Part shown: piece after piece, positions 59,305 through 64,000 of the stretch | Layout of the letters: every line of letters starts with the position of its first letter | Numbering within the stretch: the stretch's first letter is position 1 | DNA from: Eledone cirrhosa | Lineage: Eukaryota | Assembly (NCBI GenBank): GCA_964016885.1 | Contig: OZ024743.1 | Location: 219,046,001-219,110,000, forward strand | Direction of reading: 5' to 3' | DNA: 64,000 bases | The notes under the pieces: model-generated | The model's database searches: none | Told to the model about the DNA's origin: nothing | What the model saw: only the letters and a program-made list of their open reading frames with translations | Made by a program: the position numbers and the translations under genes

Positions 59305-62303
59305 CCTTTAACTGACTATCTATAGTCATTTTCGTCCTTTGTTGATTTTTTTCTATTTAACTGGGAAGTTCATTTTGAAATATATATGTCAAGGTCAGAA
59401 TTATTCAGTTGTTCAAATATAGTAAATAGAAAGTTACATACTACTAAGAATTTGTTTGATTTGATATTATTGCCATCAAAACAAAATAACAAATTTAAGA
59501 AGCTTGAATTTATTATCACATGATAAATTTTATAACATTACAGTATGTTAGCTGTACTCACTGGATACACTCAAATATAATCCAACCCCTCTATTTTATA
59601 TCTGAGAAATGGGCAAAAATCCAAACTATATTTATATAGTGGGTTTTAAATCAACAAAATATTGACCCTAAATATAAGTAAGCAGACCCTCCACCTACCC
59701 TCTTCTATCAATTTTGGGTTACATATTCCTTGGCTTATATTCAAGTATATATGATAATTTGACAACTCTAGAGATAGAGAACCAAAATCATCCTTGGCAA
59801 GACATAAAACCATAACATGTACAGTCTGTTCCTTTGGCCTCTTCTCACCACTCTCCAGCTGGCTTAATCATTTCTGAAATAACCTTGAGGAAAATAAGAG
59901 TGGTATTGTTACTGTTGACAAAAAATTGCAAAGTGGAATAAATTATTAAACCCTGAGGCATAGAAGAGTAAAATTTGGGACAGAACCATAGATTGGATGT
60001 AGTGAAAAGCAAGAAAATAAAAACTTTCTCACTCTCGTTATTTCCAATCTATGTACAGTTAGAAGTAAATATTTCATCTCTCTCTCTCCAATGCAGAGTT
60101 CTGCTAGAAAATGATAGCTTTCACCAAAGGATGTTCAACACTCTGGTGACATCTGTTTTGCTATGTGGGGCAGGGACCTGGAGAACAACCCTTACCACTT
60201 TGAAGAGAATACAGACATTCAGTAACATCTTCCTCAAGAAAATTCTTTGAATTCACTGGCCAAACACTATTAGTAACCAGGAATTGTGACTGCGGACCCA
60301 TCAACAGCCTGTCCACAATGAAATTGTCCAGGGCTGATGGAGATGTATCTAATACAAGGAAATCCTTGACCTGGAACCTACAGGAGAATGGTAAAAAAGA
60401 AAAAAAGCCTAAGAATATCTGACACCGTGATCTCGATGCACAAGCAAAGAGATTGGGACATTCATGAAAGTAGTTGGAATGACTAACCTAAAACTGTAAT
60501 GGTTGGAGAAAACTTGTTGGTAGTTTATGCTCCAGAGGGAGCCCTCGGAAAAACAACTAAATTCCTCCCTGCATAATTTTACTTTTGAGACAACTATCAC
60601 TAGTTTCCTCAAACTGTATTGTTTCTCTTTGATATTGTTACTTGAGAGTGCTGAACTAATGATTATGGTATGTCATAAAAGCCTGTTATTTCCATTCTTT
60701 AAGTGTTTTGATTAGGATTCTTATATTTCTGGTATCTACAGGTGATTCAGCAATGATTCAGTATACTCTGAATGAAACTGGATCTATTGTACCCAAACTT
60801 TATCTTTTTCTCAATGAAGACTGGAAAGAAGCTACATTGGACACTCCATGTCAAAGCAAATTTGACAAAGCAAGGATAGCATGTAAGTTTTATTATATCA
60901 TACTGATTTTATATTTTTAGAGCAATACATAACATGAGAGAAAGTTCAAAGGTGAGAACAAAGAAAAGTTCTTAGCAACTAGCAGCAAAAAATCATCATT
61001 TGCAGCATGATATGAAATGATTTGGAGCGTTGAGTGTGTAAATATTTTGTAAAATTGTTGGAATCTCAAACACTGAAATAGCTGTAAACAGGCAGCTGAT
61101 ACAGTGATCATAGCAAAGAGTTGGATTAAACAAAACTTATTAATGAACAGAAAGTGGTCAGAGAAGAAGAGAGAGAATGAAAGAAATAGAGTGTGTAGCA
61201 TATGATGAGAGGGGGGTGGGGGTTAACTCAACTCTTTACTATGATCATTGTAGCAGCTGTTTCTGTGTTTGAAATTTCTACAATTTTACGAAATCATTGC
61301 AGTTTTGAGTAATGGCAGTATGAATGAGGATGGGAGCTATAATTTGAGCCAAAAGAACCCAGACATTCCCTTTGCTGCCTGGCACTATTGAAGGGACCAA
61401 TATTGCTGGGAGGTATTGTAATCATAGTGATCTCCCTTTATATTAAAACTAGGTTCTCCTTCAATTCTTATATGAATAGGAATTGAGGGAGATTTGACAG
61501 CTATTCTAGCAGGTCAAGAAAACAGAAGCTCATTTTCTCAATTAGTAAATGTAAGATGTATTTTTCATTTTTAAATGTTATTTTAATTGCTTATTCCAGA
61601 ACATTAAATTGTTTCATGTGATCTGTATTCAACCATCCACTTCTACTTGTTAGGTTATTTATTGTTATTTTAAATGTTCGTTTACAAACCATTTCTTTTT
61701 TTAATAAGCTTATGATTGTGGCTGTGATGCATTTGTTTTGCAAGGTTTTTTATATGAAATCATTTGTTGAACCTGATGTTGTTGTTGTTGTTTTTTTTGG
61801 GGGGGGGTCAAGTTGTCCTAATAAATCAGACTCACTGTTTGGTTTGATATTCACTTCAGTATATTTTTATAAAAATATACTGAAGTGAAAACCAAACCAA
61901 AGCAAATTGTGAGTGTGTTTTACTATCTTTAGGCAATATTAGGACAACGTGGCCCTCCCCAAATATAACATGCTTATGATTGATATTCCAAAAAAATAAA
62001 ATCAAAATGCAAAGACATCTAGTTTGTAATATTGAAAGTTTACATGTATATTTATGTTGCTTTATTTGATTATTGAAATCTTTCCCTTGGCAGATGAGCT
62101 AACAAACAAGACTGGTAACCTCACTGTTGCCCACTTTTATTATCCCAAAATATGGCACATTATCTACGCAGATGCTTACACTTGTGATCCTACAAAACCT
62201 TTCACCTCTCTAGAAAAACCAAATTACATTCTCTATGACATTAAATTATTAAACCCAGACTCACTTGCAGCCCCAACTATCCATTTTAGTGATGAGGAAT
62301 CAG
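54968..62303 (+). CDS. GPR180: Integral membrane protein GPR180 homolog, 5' part (gene continues beyond the window)
   Basis: Exons 54968-55136, 60742-60882 and 62094-62303 join in frame: signal peptide-like N-terminus, then KTIKGVLRTDEAQGDFGQYLTAFSFH|GDSAM...KLYLF...W...C..KFDKA|...NLTVAHFYYPKIWHIIYADAYTC...LLNPD...HFSDEESG. This is colinear with the GPR180 N-terminal domain as recalled (KTLRG...FEFHGD...KLYLF...NLTV...WHVFYADKYTC...LLNPD...HFSAGESG). Confidence 0.88.
55543..56171. mobile_element. Foldback/MITE DNA element with ~210-bp TIRs and 8-bp TSD
   Basis: CGTTTATT|GGCACTACCATGCTATTAGC...GCTAATAGCATGGTAGTGCT|CGTTTATT. Confidence 0.8.
56174..56346 (+). pseudogene. Degenerate duplicate of GPR180 first coding exon in intron 1
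   Basis: Colinear with 54862-55020; ATGACCGGCTTCCAGTTGTCAA vs ATGACCGGCCTCCAGTTGTCAA; stop after 21 codons. Confidence 0.75.
57580..58340 (-). mobile_element. hAT-like transposase remnant
   Basis: CTKTKGTCI..NVIS...LL..VNSAKFSLIVDET; many stops. Confidence 0.6.
58570..59070 (-). mobile_element. RTE LINE remnant
   Basis: LRLQWADW..H; GG..KRYKDTLK..L..CNI....W..LR.DRDDW. Confidence 0.6.
60100..60545 (+). mobile_element. RTE LINE remnant
   Basis: FNTLVTSVLLCGAGTWRTT...IQTFSN.FLKKIL.IHWPNTISNQEL. Confidence 0.7.
60742..60882 (+). CDS. GPR180: GPR180 coding exon 2
   Basis: ctacag|GDSAMIQYTLNETGSIVPKLYLFLNEDW...|gtaagt. Confidence 0.88.
61800..61960. mobile_element. Palindromic MITE; related longer copy at ~17228-17740
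   Basis: GGGGGGTCAAGTTGTCCTAAT...ATTAGGACAACGTGGCCCTCCCC; shares ctgtttggtttg..cttcagtatattttt with 17273-17310. Confidence 0.6.
62094..62303 (+). CDS. GPR180: GPR180 coding exon 3
   Basis: ttggcag|..GNLTVAHFYYPKIWHIIYADAYTC...LLNPD...HFSDEES|gtaag. Confidence 0.9.
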
Positions 62304-64000
62304 GTAAGCTTATTGCTTTATTTTTTGGTGGGGAGGGGTTGTATTAAAATCCCAAGCATGTGCTTTGTAAATACAAGGGTCAGATGAAAAGTCCACAGGC
62401 TGACCAAGACACTCTCATGGAATTACCAAATGGAGTTTATTTTTCAACAGTCCCTGGAAAGAAACTAAGCAGTTATGATTGATAATAGTTGAAATTAATG
62501 CAAGCTAGATTTCACATCTCTAGCATCACTCCTATTAACTTTTCAGCTGACCTTTGTGTGTGTGTGTGTGTATATATCTTATATATATATATATGTACGA
62601 GGCTCCGCTGAAAAGTTCATAGGCTGATCAAAATACTCTCATGAAATTAACAAGTGAGGTTTATTTTTCAACATAGTCCCTGGAAAGAAACAATGCAGTT
62701 ATTGATAAGAAGAGTTAAAATTAATGCCTGCAAGATTTCACAGCTCTAACATCACTCCTTCATAGTCAGTTTATGGACTTTTCAGTTTACCCTCCACACT
62801 GTAAATGTGGTTGGTGTTAGGAAGGGCATCCAGCCGTAGAAAACCTGCCAGATAGTCCTATATGAGCGAGACACGGTCACCCGACCAACATTGCCTCAAG
62901 TGGGACAACTCCCATCTAACCCATGCTAGCGTGGAAGATGGACATTAAACGAAGACGATGATGATGATGAATGTGATAGTCATGTCCAAGTAGAAGAATT
63001 TATTATTATTATTAAACATGGCTTAGTGGTTAGAGCAATCGAAAGGTTGTGAGTTCAATTCTCAGACCGGGTGATGTGTTGTTTCCTTGAGCAAGACACT
63101 TTATTTCACATTGCTCCAGTTTACTCAGCTGTAGAAATGAGATGATAGGGACTGGGGTCCATATCATTCCACTGCAAAGTGGTCGTGGAGGTGCCACGGA
63201 AAAAAAGCACCCAGCACTCACTGTAAATGAGGTTGGTGTTAGGAAGGGCATCCAGCTGTAGAAATCAAGCCAGAATCAGTTCCCGTCCCACCCTTGCAAG
63301 CAGGGAAAAGCGGATGTAAAAAAAATTTAAAAAATGGAAATGCTTTATCGTGTTTTTCTGACTCATTACATTCTGATTTCAAATTCAACTGAGGTCAACT
63401 TCACCTTTAATCCACCTAGGGTTGATAAAATAAACTACCATTACTGTGCTGGTATCATTATAATTGACTTTACAAATTTCTGGTCTTTCACCTATCTTAG
63501 AAACAATTTTTATTATGTCTATATTTTCATGATTCCCTCCCACTCTTCCAATACTCAGTTTTCAAGACAGCTAATTAGTCAAAGCTACGCTAATCCTGCA
63601 CTAGTTACCTTTACCAGCAAATGTGTTTCATCTGTAACCCAATAGAGTTAGCTAAGAAGATGACTGATTCCATTTGCCTATATCTTTCCACATCCCCCTA
63701 AACCACCAAAATAACTCACATGTTGCTATGCAACAATTTTTCAGGTGCTAAGACCACTTAAAGGTAGTCACACATACACTTCAACCCACCCTCTTGTTAC
63801 CAACGGGGCAACATTTATCATTCATCAAGAAAACCATGGATGCCTTTGTGCAACTGAGTATTTAACCAAAAGGATTTCTACTATTTTCTAGAGTCATCAA
63901 CCAAATGTTAGGCTTCATAATTCATGATGACCTCATCATCATCATCGTTTAATGTCCATCTTCCGTTAGCATGGGCAGGATGGGCTCTCCCTTTGTGAGG

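Overview
AT-rich, (TA)n/(TG)n-laden metazoan genomic DNA; the repeat content (RTE LINE, SINE families, Penelope-like remnants) suggests a cephalopod, probably Octopus (inference). 23.3-54.2 kb: a complete minus-strand BMS1 gene (24 coding exons traced by hand, 3357 nt = 1118 aa, one GC-AG intron), head-to-head with the first three coding exons of a plus-strand GPR180 gene starting at 54968. Introns carry RTE, CR1, CRE-like, piggyBac, mariner-like, hAT and SINE insertions. The gene-free first 20 kb holds Penelope-like (GIY-YIG) fragments, a non-autonomous Helitron that keeps a spliced STPR-repeat ORF, and a dense, diverse set of type I hammerhead ribozyme motifs in tandem and palindromic non-coding units between microsatellites. 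These include a 481-nt retrozyme-like tandem unit, a U3:A8 core variant and long stem II variants. Most ORF-track entries are microsatellite artefacts. All coordinates were read by eye and may be off by a few bases.
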